A DNA stretch of 63,415 nt, counting the filler, from Collodictyon triciliatum (Eukaryota): the NCBI GenBank assembly GCA_043381765.1. It is 8 parts of 8 records of this genome, joined end to end, with 100 filler letters (N's around TTAATTAATTAA, not from the genome) between each part and the next. Parts side by side here need not be neighbours in the genome. Positions count along the whole stretch, not along the records: positions 1 to 16,093 come from JBHJMP010000822.1; positions 16,194 to 20,867 come from JBHJMP010000824.1; positions 20,968 to 27,394 come from JBHJMP010000825.1; 5 more parts are not named here. One strand, given 5' to 3'. The translations under genes were made by a program, and so were the position numbers. The stretch's first letter is position 1, and each line of letters opens with the position of its first letter. Positions 1 through 21,530 of the stretch are shown piece by piece. The notes below the pieces were generated by a model. The model was not told the DNA's origin. It made no database searches and worked only from the letters and a program-made list of their open reading frames with translations.

Positions 1-170
1 AAACAAAAAACAAAAAACAAAAAACAAAAAACAAAAAACAAAAAACAAAAAACAAAAAACAAAAAACAAAAAACAAAAAACAAAATACAAAAAACAAAAA
101 ACAAAAAACAAAAAACAAAAAACAAAAAACAAAAAACAAAAAACAAAAAACAAAAAACAAAAAACAACAA
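1..170. repeat. (AAAAAAC)n microsatellite
   Basis: Read directly. Confidence 0.95.
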
Positions 171-236
171 ACAATAAACAAAAAAGAAAAAGGCATTCCA
201 GCAAAAAGATAATAAAACAAAAACAAAACAGCACGA

Positions 237-3178
237 ATGGAATCTGCTTCACCTCCGAAAATACGAAACCCGGTCGACATTTCAGATATTCCTGGAGCGC
301 AAGTAAAAATATAACACACTCAATCAAACTCAACTCACCATAAGTCACAAAGTGGCCACCATTCATCCATTGTCTCTTCATTCAAGTACTGTCCAACAGC
401 TTTTGAGGCTTCCTGTGTCTCCGCCTTTATTATTCCTGCTTCCTCTCCCATGACATCTTTTCTTTTCTTTTCTTTTCTTTAGTTCTTTAGTTCTTTAGTT
501 CTTTAGTTCTTTAGTTCTTTCTTTTCTTTTTTCCTCCTTTCTTTTTAAGCATGACTTTGACTATTTGCCAGAGACCTGATTGTTGTCCTGAACGCCTCTA
601 AAAGCCCAGAAGACTCGTACCTGACCACGCATACCGCTCCGGGCCGAACGCACTGGACATCAGAGACATCGAAGGCGCATTTCCACACGATCCTTACAGA
701 TTCAGAACAACAAGGTAAGGCTGCAAACCATTGCTGGCAGTGACAGATTGAAAAGGATGCTTTCTGTCTTAGGTGTCTGTGCGGTTAATTATTGTTCTCA
801 TGAAGTAAATAGAAAAAAAAAAGAGAGAGAAAGAATAAACGAATGACGTTAACGTTTTTTTTCCCTTTCTATTTCATGCACAAGGTTTCGCTCGCCTTAT
901 GATGATATCATATACTTTTCTGCCATGTTTGATGCACTAACAGGGGTTTCTTAATAAAAAAAAAAGGCATACAAACCCACTGAATCCAAAATATCCGATT
1001 CCCAAGTACGAGGTTGTCCTCCAGGTTTGTTCAAATGCGCATCTTTTGACTGTGATTTTTGCTTCGTGTTGGGGTTTCCTATTAGAAAACACTTTCTTTT
1101 TTATTGCCTTAAATTTAGCAGATGTCGGACTCCCACAATACATATCATTCAATTCAAATGAAATCTTCCTCTGATTCAGCTTTCTAGCATGTTTTTTTTT
1201 TTTACGTCGGCCTGAATTAATCTTAAATGTTAATCATATTCCTATCACGCAGGAAGAAACCACGCATTTTATTCGAGATTCGCTCGATTGCAAAGACATT
1301 GCGAATGCGCCATCACTTGCTTCTCGTCGGCGTGTGGGTTGCTCTATGAATCGGAATCCTCTCGACTATTCCGATGTATCTGGGTCTCACCCGAATACCA
1401 ACAAGTGCCGGTGACATATTCTTTCATCATCCCTGCCTCCCGCTGCAAATAAGATTTATCACTATACTTTGTACTATCTTGTCATATTTATTGTATGAAA
1501 GGAAACGTATTCAAAACTCATGATAAACTGTAGTTACCAGCGAAGAAGCAGTTTTATTCGGGACAATTTAGACATATCAGACATAGTGAAAGGTGACCAC
1601 TTACAGAGCAGGCGATGTACAAATCCTCTGGAGCCATCATATGACTATCCTCTCCCTATCGAACCACCCCCGTACATTTTCACATTCAATATCAGTGCTT
1701 CTTTCGTTGTCACCAATAAATTGCTTTGTAATTGTGTTGTGTCTGCACCTATCACATTCCAACACCATATCCTTGATTACTTTTGTTTGTTTGTTTGTTT
1801 GTTTGTTTGTTTGTTTGTTTGTTTGTTTGTTTGTTTGTTTGTTTGTTTGTTTGTTTGTTTGTTTGTTTGTTTGTTTGTTTTGTTTTGTTTTGTTTTGTTT
1901 TGTTTTGTTTTGTTTTGTTTTGTTTTGTTTTGTTTTGTTTTGTTTTGTTTTGTTTTGTTTTGTTTTGTGTATTTGTTTTGTTTTGTGTATTTGTTTGTTT
2001 TGTTTGTTTGTTTTGTTTTAAAGGTACAAACTTTCACGGTCACCTACAAACATGTATAGTCGTCCGATAAAAGAGACAAAGCCCGTGCGACCACCGCCTT
2101 TCGAGCTCTTTCCTGCAGAGCCATCAGACAGATTCTATCGAAAGGATATTCATCAGCCCAACCTGAAGCTTTTCTACGCAAGGTGTGTCAAGTCTTTGTG
2201 TATCTTTTACCTTTTATGCAGCTGAACCAATATTTACGTGGACTCTAGGTCTCAAAGTCAAGGAGCCGCCAGGTCCAATACTGCCAGTGCGTCGTCTAGT
2301 CGTCCGGTACCGTACCTATTTTTTACCCTTTTTTTCTTTTTTTTTAAAATTAATGAATCCAGCATATGTTCTTCCTCAGCTTCATCAAACTTATATCCAT
2401 ATCGCACTTAATTGGGATTCATGGGAGAAAAAAACAACGGGAGTATCAGAACATGAGCAACTTACCCACATCACCACTTCGTGCCATAGAACACAGTAGA
2501 TACACTGATTAGCAAAGGCGAAACCATCATCGTCGGCAAAACCCACCAAATCCTACAACTCGTAAGATACTGTCTGATATACACCTTTGATAAGCCGCAT
2601 ATTTACGACGCCGTCCATAATCATTTTTTAAAAAAATCAGCCATTTTTTGAAATGAACCTATCATTCAGCCACTCTCTGTGTATTAAAAAAACCACCATC
2701 TATTAATTTGTATCCCAAGTTTTCCAATAACAAATACAATCACGTTAGGAGCAAATCGAACAGAATGGAGCAGCAAATCATAGGTTCATATACAATAATA
2801 CAAAATTTTGTGCCTCGTGCATTAGACACAATCTTATTTCACAATCGATTTGCTTAAGTGATGTTCTTTTTTGTTATTTACAAAGAAAGTATGCATATAT
2901 TTTTTTTAAATATGTGTGCCTCGTCTTCCCAATCTTTCAAATTTTCCTACTTTTAAATCGTCTTTTCGGGTTTTTTTTTATTCTCCCTCCTTCTAACAAT
3001 ACTATCTCCGACTCGATTGCTCAGCCGACCGTCCACTGGAACAGGGAATCAGCACAGCCACAGGTCGCGCTCCAGCGGAAGACCATCTTCGCAAAGGGCC
3101 AATGAAACATACCAAGACCGAGCAAAGAGAGTCGAAAGAGAGCAAGAAATCAAAGAAGTGCGCGCTCTTGCTCATTGA
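237..3178 (+). CDS. Multi-exon uncharacterised repeat protein with recurring (F/N)xRxxLDxxDI and RxTNPLxPxY motifs; 5' end uncertain
   Basis: GT-AG exons translate to RNPVDISDIPGA (237-302), NALDIRDIEGA..RTT (~600-714), RHTNPLNPKY (~967-1024), FIRDSLDCKDI..RNPLDYSDVSG (1252-1410) and FIRDNLDISDI..RCTNPLEPSY (1534-1671). The last exon reads ...EREQEIKEVRALAH-TGA at 3176-3178. Confidence 0.65.
1781..2018. repeat. Intronic (TTTG)n/(TTTTG)n compound microsatellite
   Basis: Read directly. Confidence 0.95.
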
Positions 3179-3784
3179 CGACGCTGGAGACGCTTCGGAG
3201 TGGCGCCTGTCATTTATTTTCAGCCGCTGTTGGCGTTCTGTTGCGCCATTCCGCACAATCACGGAGCTTCCAACCATCTGCTATTGTGGCTCCATCGCCG
3301 TGTTTCATTCCATATATTTCATTTTGCCCCCTTGCAGCTCGTTCAAATGAATAGTCAGAGTCAGGTAAAGAGATGAGTGCTGAAGATTGGGAAGCCCTTG
3401 CCATTTTGCTTTTCTTTTCTTTCTTTCGTTTTCATTCACGCATTACGATATACACAATGACCAGGGTCGATTTTTTTGCTCCTTTTCATTCTCCCTTCAC
3501 TGGCATATCCTTCTGTGCATCCATGATGTAGTGTTATCCCTTTTAATAAACAATCTTGCGGATGATACATGCCAACAGCCGCAAAGCCTTCACCCCAGTT
3601 TACCGCATCGGATTGGGAAAAAACTGCAGGACGTATCCAGCGATGGAATGATGGTGATTATATTTTACATTTGTTTTCAATTTTCAATAGTCACAGTGTT
3701 GCATGCCGATGTTTCCTGGCGGTCAGATTCTTGCATGACAAGATTGGGCAATCGACTCACACGAAGAGTTATTTCCGATGGTGG

Positions 3785-3818
<34 letters not shown>

Positions 3819-4050
3819 AAAGTAAGGGGATTTCCTACTTAGCAACTAAACGCAGCGGGATATGCTTGCGGGTTTGCCCTAGGGTTGTCCACTGCACTAA
3901 GTGAAGTGAATAAATGAAGTAAAGAAATAGCTACGAAAAGAGCAGTATCTTTCGCGATTACTTCCTCTCTGTTTGATTTTGTTGTTCGGTGTGTTTAATT
4001 CTGTCGGAGATTTCTTCCCAGGGAATTTAAGCGCAAACTGTGCGATTGAT

Positions 4051-9660
<5,610 letters not shown>

Positions 9661-10695
9661 CCTGTGGAAGTATGCGTCGAAGTGGCCTATCAGAGGATTC
9701 CCACAGGGATGACTTGTTATTCCATCCTTTTTTTTTCTTTCTCTTTCCTTTCTTTCTCATGCTGTCCTTTTGTCTGCTCTTTATTTTTATTTTTGAAAGA
9801 CAGAACAATAACCAGAACGGAACGAAGCAGAGCAGAGATCGGGCCTGCCAAACCATGACACGTAAAAGGAGGGCGTTGAAGAGACTCGACGGCGTTCAAG
9901 GCTTTGTGCCTTTTTCAATCTCTCACGCTCTCTTTCGTCGCCATGAATCATGATTTCGCTGAGAAAGTCAGAGTCCTATGCAAATTCACGCAATAGGGTA
10001 TATATTAGAATATGTATTATCTGCAGTCGATGCGGCATTTGCTTCCTTTATATAAACTGTACTAATGTCTGCACCGTCACATGTATCATAAACACAAAAA
10101 CCGAATCAACTCTCAGCGGACATGAAGATTGCAGGATTCATATTGATTTTTTTTTTTTTTTATTGGCGGGGATATAGTATTAACCCTGGTGAACGTGAGT
10201 TCTTTTCATTTTTTTTTCCCCCTGAAGAGAAGCGATTGCTGTAAACAAATGATGGCGGATGCTGCTTTAGGTGCATAATAAACTACCTTGTCGACTCATT
10301 ATATTGCAGACAGAAACATAATATCGAGGAATGTTGTATTTACAAAACGAAGAAAAACCATCTTGGGATTTAGATGCATCAAAAGTTTTTTAGAGCCCAG
10401 CGTTGGATATCTAATGCGCAATAGGTCAGAATGTAAAAACATTGTGTCAATTAGGCATCATTAAAAAGAGGCTATGTTTCAAGGGATTTTTTTTCCTGCC
10501 TGATTGTGCGATATATCAAGTGATTCGAGCCAATCCATACCGAGCAAACAGGGTGGTATTCGTGTTATCTAAGTGACACAAATGAGAAAACTGGCTTTTT
10601 TTTTTATGACATTTATGAAATGATTTATTTTACTTATCCAAACATGATTTTTTGTCAAGCATAGCTTCCTTAAGCTATTCAAGGTTGAAAGGGAG

Positions 10696-12166
10696 TCAGG
10701 CAGAGTTGAAATCTAATGCGATGCGTGCTATGATATGATATGTTCTGATGCACCGTAAAAGAAATCGACGCACGTAGGCATAAATCGTTTCAGAGAGCAT
10801 TACCTTATTATTTGATAGATCGACAGATTCAACCCCATCCAGAGTACTCAACAGATTTGATATGCTAGTAATTCTCTCATTGGCCATAACTTTTTCATAA
10901 AAATCGTATGACAAAAACCTCTTTTCATAATAATTCTGCAAGTCCCTAATAGACTCGATTGCCCGAGGAGCTCTTATCCCCCACACTTGGTTGTGTTTAC
11001 TGATTTGAAACCTCCTTAAGGCAGATAGAGTAGACAATGCTTGCGGAAGAACGTCAATCTTGTTTACATATAATTAGCGTTACACAATGTTTATGTCTCA
11101 CAACTTAACCATAATATGTCACAAATCCCATTTTTAAAATAATTTATCTTACAGGATTTGAGAATAAATTTAAATTCGTCAGGTGTGTGAGAACCGATAT
11201 TGCTGATGGTATAAACGATATATTATTATGTTCCATATCGAATTCTTTGAGTTGCTTCATGTTTGATATTTCTTCAGGCAATTCATAAATCTCATTATAT
11301 GATGCTTTGAAAACCTTAAGGTTATGCAAGGAAAATAAATTTTTCGGTAAAACAGACAATTTGTTCTTGAATATGTACAGAGATGTTAATCTCGTCATAG
11401 CAGACATTCTTTTTGGGATCTCCGATATCTTATTATCATGCACACAAATACTGTCTATGACATCTAAAGCCGATATTCCAACAGGAATCTGCAAAAGTCT
11501 GTTGTTGAACAATCCAAGGAAAGACAGCGAATTCAACACTGATATTCCTTCTGGCAGAAGAGAAAGTTTATTTTCGAGGGCTCCAAGTGATACCAGCCTA
11601 TTTAGGCAAGATATTCCAGCCGGAAGTTCTTCTAAGTAGTTGTACGATACTTCGATGGCCTCCACACTGGTCAAAGCCGATATACCACAGGGCAAAGATT
11701 TGAGACTATTATGAGATGCGTCGATTCGAGTGAGATTTGTTAATAAAGATATCCCAAGGGGAAGTTCACTCAAATTGTTGTGTGATACATCGAATCGAAA
11801 GAGTCTAAATAAAGTCGATATTTCAGGAGGTAAACATCGCAAATGGTTGCTGGAAATATCAAAGCGACAAAGTGAAGTCAATGTGGATATTTCTGCCAAG
11901 AGTGAAACTAAACTGTTGTGGGAAATGATGAATTCTGTCAATTTTGTCATGAACGATATATCAGCAGGCAACCCAGACAATCGATTGAAGGAGATATTAA
12001 GATGCTCTATGTTTTTCAATTGAATGATGCCAGAAGGAAATGAAGCGATTTCTTTGCTTGTTATATGCAGAAAAGAACATTCATCAAGGGCATATTCTGT
12101 GGGTCTGTAAACAGGAGACCACTGCCCCAACTGCCAAGATAGAAAGCTTCGTGGTATACCTATCAT
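10696..12166 (-). CDS. Leucine-rich repeat protein (~14 repeats of 23 aa) with one intron
   Basis: ORF 11144-12166 has repeated LxxLPxxISxLTxLxxxDISHN. A phase-0 GT-AG intron at 11059-11152 joins it to IDVLPQALSTLSALRRF..., with the stop at 10696. Confidence 0.9.
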
Positions 12167-13515
12167 TCCTGGTTGCAGGTGGGCAATTGAGGAGGCTTTA
12201 TTTGCCCAAGTAAGGATGCGCTGTCCGTGTTGGTCTCGCTGTCAGGATGTGTTGAAAGGCCTTTCTTCTGAATCTTATCTGAGGGTTTCAAAGAATGAAA
12301 GACTTCAGCGCTAAGATGTATTGGTAAAAGAGGCGCTTTTTGAACGAACAAGGCTGCAGAATAGTCATGTTTTGTAGCCAGAGAATATATAATAAAATAA
12401 GGAAATTCAAAAAAGAAATATAAATATAAATATAAACCCAGAAGATAAAATGCGTTCACATTATATCAAAGAAACCATGGTTGGGTATATTGCGTTGATT
12501 CTTTGCTTCTTGTTTCTTCATTGTAACTGTTTGCTGGTTAATTTTTTTATCTTTGTTCGTTTTTTGTTTTGTTTTGTTTTGTTTTGTTTTGTTTTGTTTT
12601 GTTTTGTTTTGTTTTGTTTTGTTTTGTTTTGTTTTGTTTTGTTTTGTTTTGTTTTGTTTCTTTGTNNNNNNNNNNNNNNNNNNNNNNNNNNNNNNNNNNN
12701 NNNNNNNNNNNNNNNNNNNNNNNNNNNNNNNNNNNNNNNNNNNNNNNNNNNNNNNNNNNNNNNNNTTCTTTGTTTCTTTGTTTCTTTGTTTCTTTGTTTC
12801 TTTGTTTCTTTGTTTCTTTGTTTCTTTGTTTCTTTGTTTCTTTGTTTCTTTGTTTCTTTGTTTCATTCCTTTCTTTGTTTCTTTGTTTCTTTGTTTCTTT
12901 GTTTCTTTGTTTCTTTGTTTCTTTGTTTCTTTGTTTGTTCCTCTTACTTGATAGAACCCTCCAACGAGGCAGATCCTCTCAAAAGTACAAAAAAAAAAAC
13001 AACTGAGAAATGAAGCAATACACGAATTGAACTATGTTTTCTATCTGCTGCTTCCAAGAAGTGTATGCTCCAGACGAATGATGGTATCCTTGTCTTTTGG
13101 ACTGCTTTGAAGCCAACCCGCAATCCCTTTCAAGATGGGGCACTGCTTGAGTGGATGCTTGGTTCTTTGGAGGTAAAAGCGCATTCGATCAGTAGCATTG
13201 GAGGATGTTTCAGTAAATCATAAATTTTCAATTGTTTCTTGACCTACTTTATCAAAGTAACGCAGTTATTGCTTTTGATGGGATGCTTTCAATCTGGTTC
13301 TGTTGACCAATCACTTCCAATAATAAGCTTCTGCTAACCAAGCCCACACCAAAGTGGCGATCCAACTAAAGAAAGCAAATAAAAAACACCTAAAAAATAG
13401 ATGCTAGGGAGTTTCGAGGTCAGTGTGAAAAGCCCGCCGAGTAAGGCCAAGTAACCGAAAATAATAATTAATCAAGCATTTTGACAGGCTAACCATTGAC
13501 ATCACAGCTGACATA
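12163..13515 (-). CDS. Possible small spliced gene or N-terminal extension upstream of the LRR ORF
   Basis: Higher-GC open segments with plausible splice sites at ~13265-13340, ~13020-13170 and 12163-12370. No recognisable domain, and a + strand model is also possible. Confidence 0.2.
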
Positions 13516-13744
13516 TCAACTAATTGGTTTCTTGTAGTGTGACGGGCGTTTATTCTGGCTGACAACATTCGAGAGTCACACAGAAACATAGCAATCTGCG
13601 AGCGAAGTTGGAGGGCAGCGATGATGAGTGGCTATGCAACCAGCAAAAACAAAGAGATGAGAAAGGAAGAGGAAATGTCATTTTAATGTGGTTCTTGTTG
13701 CGAAAGAGGAGCGCAACACCAGAGATGCGGATTTTAGGGCCCTT

Positions 13745-14606
13745 TTACAGAGTAACCTCGCCACCCTTGCGGAAGATAAACATCACAACAGTGGAGATGA
13801 GAGAGAGGATGAAGATAACCACCAGGAGAATGGGCGAGTATCCAATAATCACATCAGCGAAGTTTTGCTAGTGCAATCAGAAAATTTTTCAGGAAATGAT
13901 ATTATTGGTACTTGAAAATGAACCTGTATGTAATCTCTCATACTTATGCATGAAATATGAGATCTTTATGTATGAAAAAGGAGATCGTATTTCATGATTT
14001 TGAGGAAGTAGATAAATGAGCTCTCACTCCGTAGAATGTAAAGGTAAATAGGTCCTCCAGGATTGTCAGCCCAAGTCCGAACCAGACAGCAAAAGCAATC
14101 AAGGAGAAGACAGCCGAGAGGGCGCTGGCAATCATGCCTCCGGGTTTCTAGAGAAGAAAATGCTCGGTTTTAATACATCATTAGGCCATCTTTCACGACG
14201 TCGGGAAGGTATTATATGTGGAAAATTGAATGGAAGAAGGACGGAAAATGTCGTGAAGGAAAATGAACTAAGACCATACCTTGAGGGCAATCATAACAGT
14301 TCCGAAGAAAATGGTAACAAGACCAATTAATCCGAAGGCAAAGGCAGTGGCCACAGCGTCAAGGCCTCTCTCGCAATCAGACTGGTCACTGGACGATGAA
14401 AAAGACTTTTTGCAGTCATAGTCCTGTCTATTGCCACCGTCTTCCTCACGACTTTGACGAAAGCCGAGCAAGAGAGTTGGTCGATCAGGAATATAAGAAG
14501 GAAAAGTATAGTCGATGATTGCATAGACGTCGATGGCAAGAGCGGCGACGTAGAGTGCAGTCAGGGTGACACCAAAAGCGATGGACGTATAGTATTTTGC
14601 AGACAT
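13745..14606 (-). CDS. Four-TM claudin/PMP22/amastin-like membrane protein (3 exons)
   Basis: MSAKYYTSIAFGVTLTALYVAALAID (TM1), a loop with LLGFRQ and two Cys (DCKK...SDCER), TM2 ATAFAFGLIGLVTIFFG, exon 2 TM3 MIASALSAVFSLIAFAVWFG, exon 3 TM4 IGYSPILLVVIFILSLISTVVMFIF, and TAA at 13745. Confidence 0.75.
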
Positions 14607-15907
14607 GACTGGTGTTACTTTTCCTGCATAAGTTTTTGAGATGTTAGTTTCTAGCAAAAAAGTCTCATCCGAGATTCCATTAGGCTACATGAAAGGGATA
14701 TGGCAAAAGAATATATTTTAATTCGTATTGGATTAAAACGAGAATATTGGATTGCCCCTTTATTGCAGGGTATCGAGAGAACAATGGCACCAAGAAGTCT
14801 CTTGCTCATTATTTTCATAGTTTTGTGTGAGTCTGTCCGAAAGACCCTCAACCCCACAGTCCTATATGCGTTGATGCTGTGTTCATGATTAAATATCAAA
14901 GTTTCCACCCGATGTCGATTGTGGTCAATTTTTAGTGACGGGTTGGAGATTGTCATTAAATGCTTCGTTGGGTACGAAATGCTTTTCGGAAAAAAACGAT
15001 GGGCTGCACAAAAATATTTCAAAATTTCGATCGCAGTCACTTTTTCATGCGTGACAGCGAAGAGAATTAATTCGTGTTTCGTCACATAACCAGCTTTCGA
15101 TTGCAAAATTATCAAGTAGATCGCATCCTTGGTTGTGGTGTACAGGAAGAGCTATTTGGAGGTGAATATTTAACAAACATGCGGCCAGAAAACGCGTGGG
15201 TAAGAAATTAATTTGCCCTGACGAAACATTAAGAAATACATTTATTGATGATTTTATTAAAGTACATTGCGTGTTATAGAATCAAAAGTACTTCTCAAGA
15301 TTAAATTATAGGATTACATATTTATTTTCCGGATTAGAGTGTTGCATAAGGTATGGTTTCATTTTTGTTTTAATTTTTGATTGCTTGATTGCTTGAGTTT
15401 TTAACTAATTTTTGATTGTTTCATTCCATCACGAAATTGTATGAGCATTAAAAAGGCTGAAGATTTTCTAGCAAATTATTTGTTTAATCTGCGTTTCCTG
15501 ATGTTAATATAATTATCATTCCGATTCATACCAAAGTCGTGGCCTGAATCAATATATCTATTCATGATATTTGCATCCTTTTCGGCTTTCAGCCAAACAC
15601 GTTTATTGATACAAAATTTTCCAACGTGACGCTGGCGTTTAAATACGTTCATCCAGATTTTTCTGCATCGATGCCCAAAAAGCAGCAAGCAATTGGCATT
15701 TAGTTAACTCCAGAAAAATAAAAATAAACAAATTGTCTCCAAAAACGAGATGGTAGACTATAACAGCGATGAAAAAAAGGCGCATACAAAACCAGCTATT
15801 GGTGTAGATACTAACCTGATAGTCTTAGATGACGGTTTCGATTTTGATTTGAGTTGTGATTGGTATCCGAACATCAGTTCAAGCACCTGTGAGAGACGGA
15901 AAGAGTG

Positions 15908-16093
15908 AAAATCAAAACCAAAACCAAAACCAAAACCAAAACCAAAACCAAAACCAAAACCAAAACCAAAACCAAAACCAAAATCAAAATCAAAATCAAA
16001 ATCAAAATCAAAATCAAAATCAAAATCAAAATCAAAATCAAAATCAAAATCAAAATCAAAATCAAAATCAAAATCAAAATCAAAATCAAAACC
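15908..16093. repeat. (AAAACC)n switching to (AAAATC)n
   Basis: Read directly; (AAAACC)n recurs at 57887-57990. Confidence 0.95.
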
Positions 16094-16193
16094 NNNNNNN
16101 NNNNNNNNNNNNNNNNNNNNNNNNNNNNNNNNNNNNNTTAATTAATTAANNNNNNNNNNNNNNNNNNNNNNNNNNNNNNNNNNNNNNNNNNNN
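16094..16193. other. Artificial contig-joining linker N44-TTAATTAATTAA-N44 (also at 20868-20967, 27395-27494, 33089-33188, 40027-40126, 55033-55132, 58730-58829)
   Basis: An identical 100-nt construct with a six-frame stop core occurs seven times. Confidence 0.97.
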
Positions 16194-16378
16194 AAAAAGA
16201 AGAAGAAAAAGAAGAAGAAAAAGAAGAAGAAAAAGAAGAAGAAAAAGAAGAAGAAAAAGAAGAAGAAAAAGAAGAAGAAAAAGAAGAAGAAAAAGAATAC
16301 ACCCAAATTGGACTCATGAAACAAGAAAAGAAGGGTAGGAAATGAACACGATGAAAGGAATCAAGAACAATTAAATTT

Positions 16379-20458
<4,080 letters not shown>

Positions 20459-21530
20459 CCGTTAGTAAAGTGCTATCTATATAAGAGATTAAGTATAAAA
20501 TATAAAAGAATAAGGAACTCACTGCGCCCAGTCTGAATTATTTCATTAATATCCATTTATTCCTGACAGTATACCGTCTTTTGGGTTTTTATGTTAATCT
20601 AGAGAAGAAAAAAGTACATGAGGCATGCAGAAGGTTAAAATACCGCCACAACAAGGCCAAAAAAAAAAAAAAGAAAAAGTTTTACATGAAGTAGAAGAAA
20701 AAGTAAGGAAAAAAGTAAGTTTGTACTACATATTTTGTTTACCTATAACTATATTAATAAATAAGTGACAAGAAGAAAAACAAGAAGAAAAACAAGAAGA
20801 AAAACAAGAAGAAAAACAAGAAGAAAAACAAGAAGAAAAACAAGAAGAAAAACAAGAAGAAAAACAANNNNNNNNNNNNNNNNNNNNNNNNNNNNNNNNN
20901 NNNNNNNNNNNTTAATTAATTAANNNNNNNNNNNNNNNNNNNNNNNNNNNNNNNNNNNNNNNNNNNNAAAAAAGAAAAAAAGAAAAAAAGAAAAAAAGAA
21001 AAAAAGAAAAAAAGAAAAAAAGAAAAAAAGAAAAAAAGAAAAAAAGAAAAAAAGAAAAAAAAAAGAAATCTGGATAATTCAAGATTAATGCCAGTGTCAC
21101 TGCCTCCAGGAATTGACAAAAATGTACTGACTCACTCTGTCGGCGAGTGGGACGAGTTTACTTTTCGAGTAAGAAAGAAGTAGCAATATGGGAGATGGGG
21201 CGCATCGCAGCTAGCTAAAAAATTATGCGGAAGTCATAGTGCATTTTTTTCTTCGAGTTAACAAGAAACAAGAAACGACGGGGTTGACACGATTTTAGCA
21301 ATATTTGGTTGCAAGGTAGAATGTTCAATACATTCACTTATGAATGCATGGAATGGTACTGTAGGTTCTTATAAGAGGAAATATCGAATGTTTTGTGAAC
21401 TGAGAAAAATATTGACTGTTTATCACTATATAAATACTCATTCGTATCACGGTTGGAAAAATAAAGTTCGACTTATTCCATTTATTGATTAAGTGATTTA
21501 TTTTCTCCAGGGCAAGGAACCTTTTATGGT

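Noticed and set aside
1520-2070. Low-complexity ORFs (FVCL, QNQN, YYYY, LLLL, HTYI etc.) throughout the ORF track
   Set aside because: They are translations of intronic microsatellites and N gaps, not proteins.
14651-15115. 154-aa minus-strand ORF upstream of the claudin-like gene
   Set aside because: It starts at a non-ATG codon, has no motif, and has intergenic-like composition.
15908-16093. (AAAACC)n and (AAATCC)n as telomeric repeats (also 45659-45740, 57887-57990)
   Set aside because: They are internal or intronic, grade into other units, and are just some of many A-rich microsatellite types.
16138-16149. Repeated palindrome TTAATTAATTAA as a biological motif or TTAA transposon target
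   Set aside because: It is always centred in exactly 44+44 Ns, so it is an assembly linker with stops in six frames.
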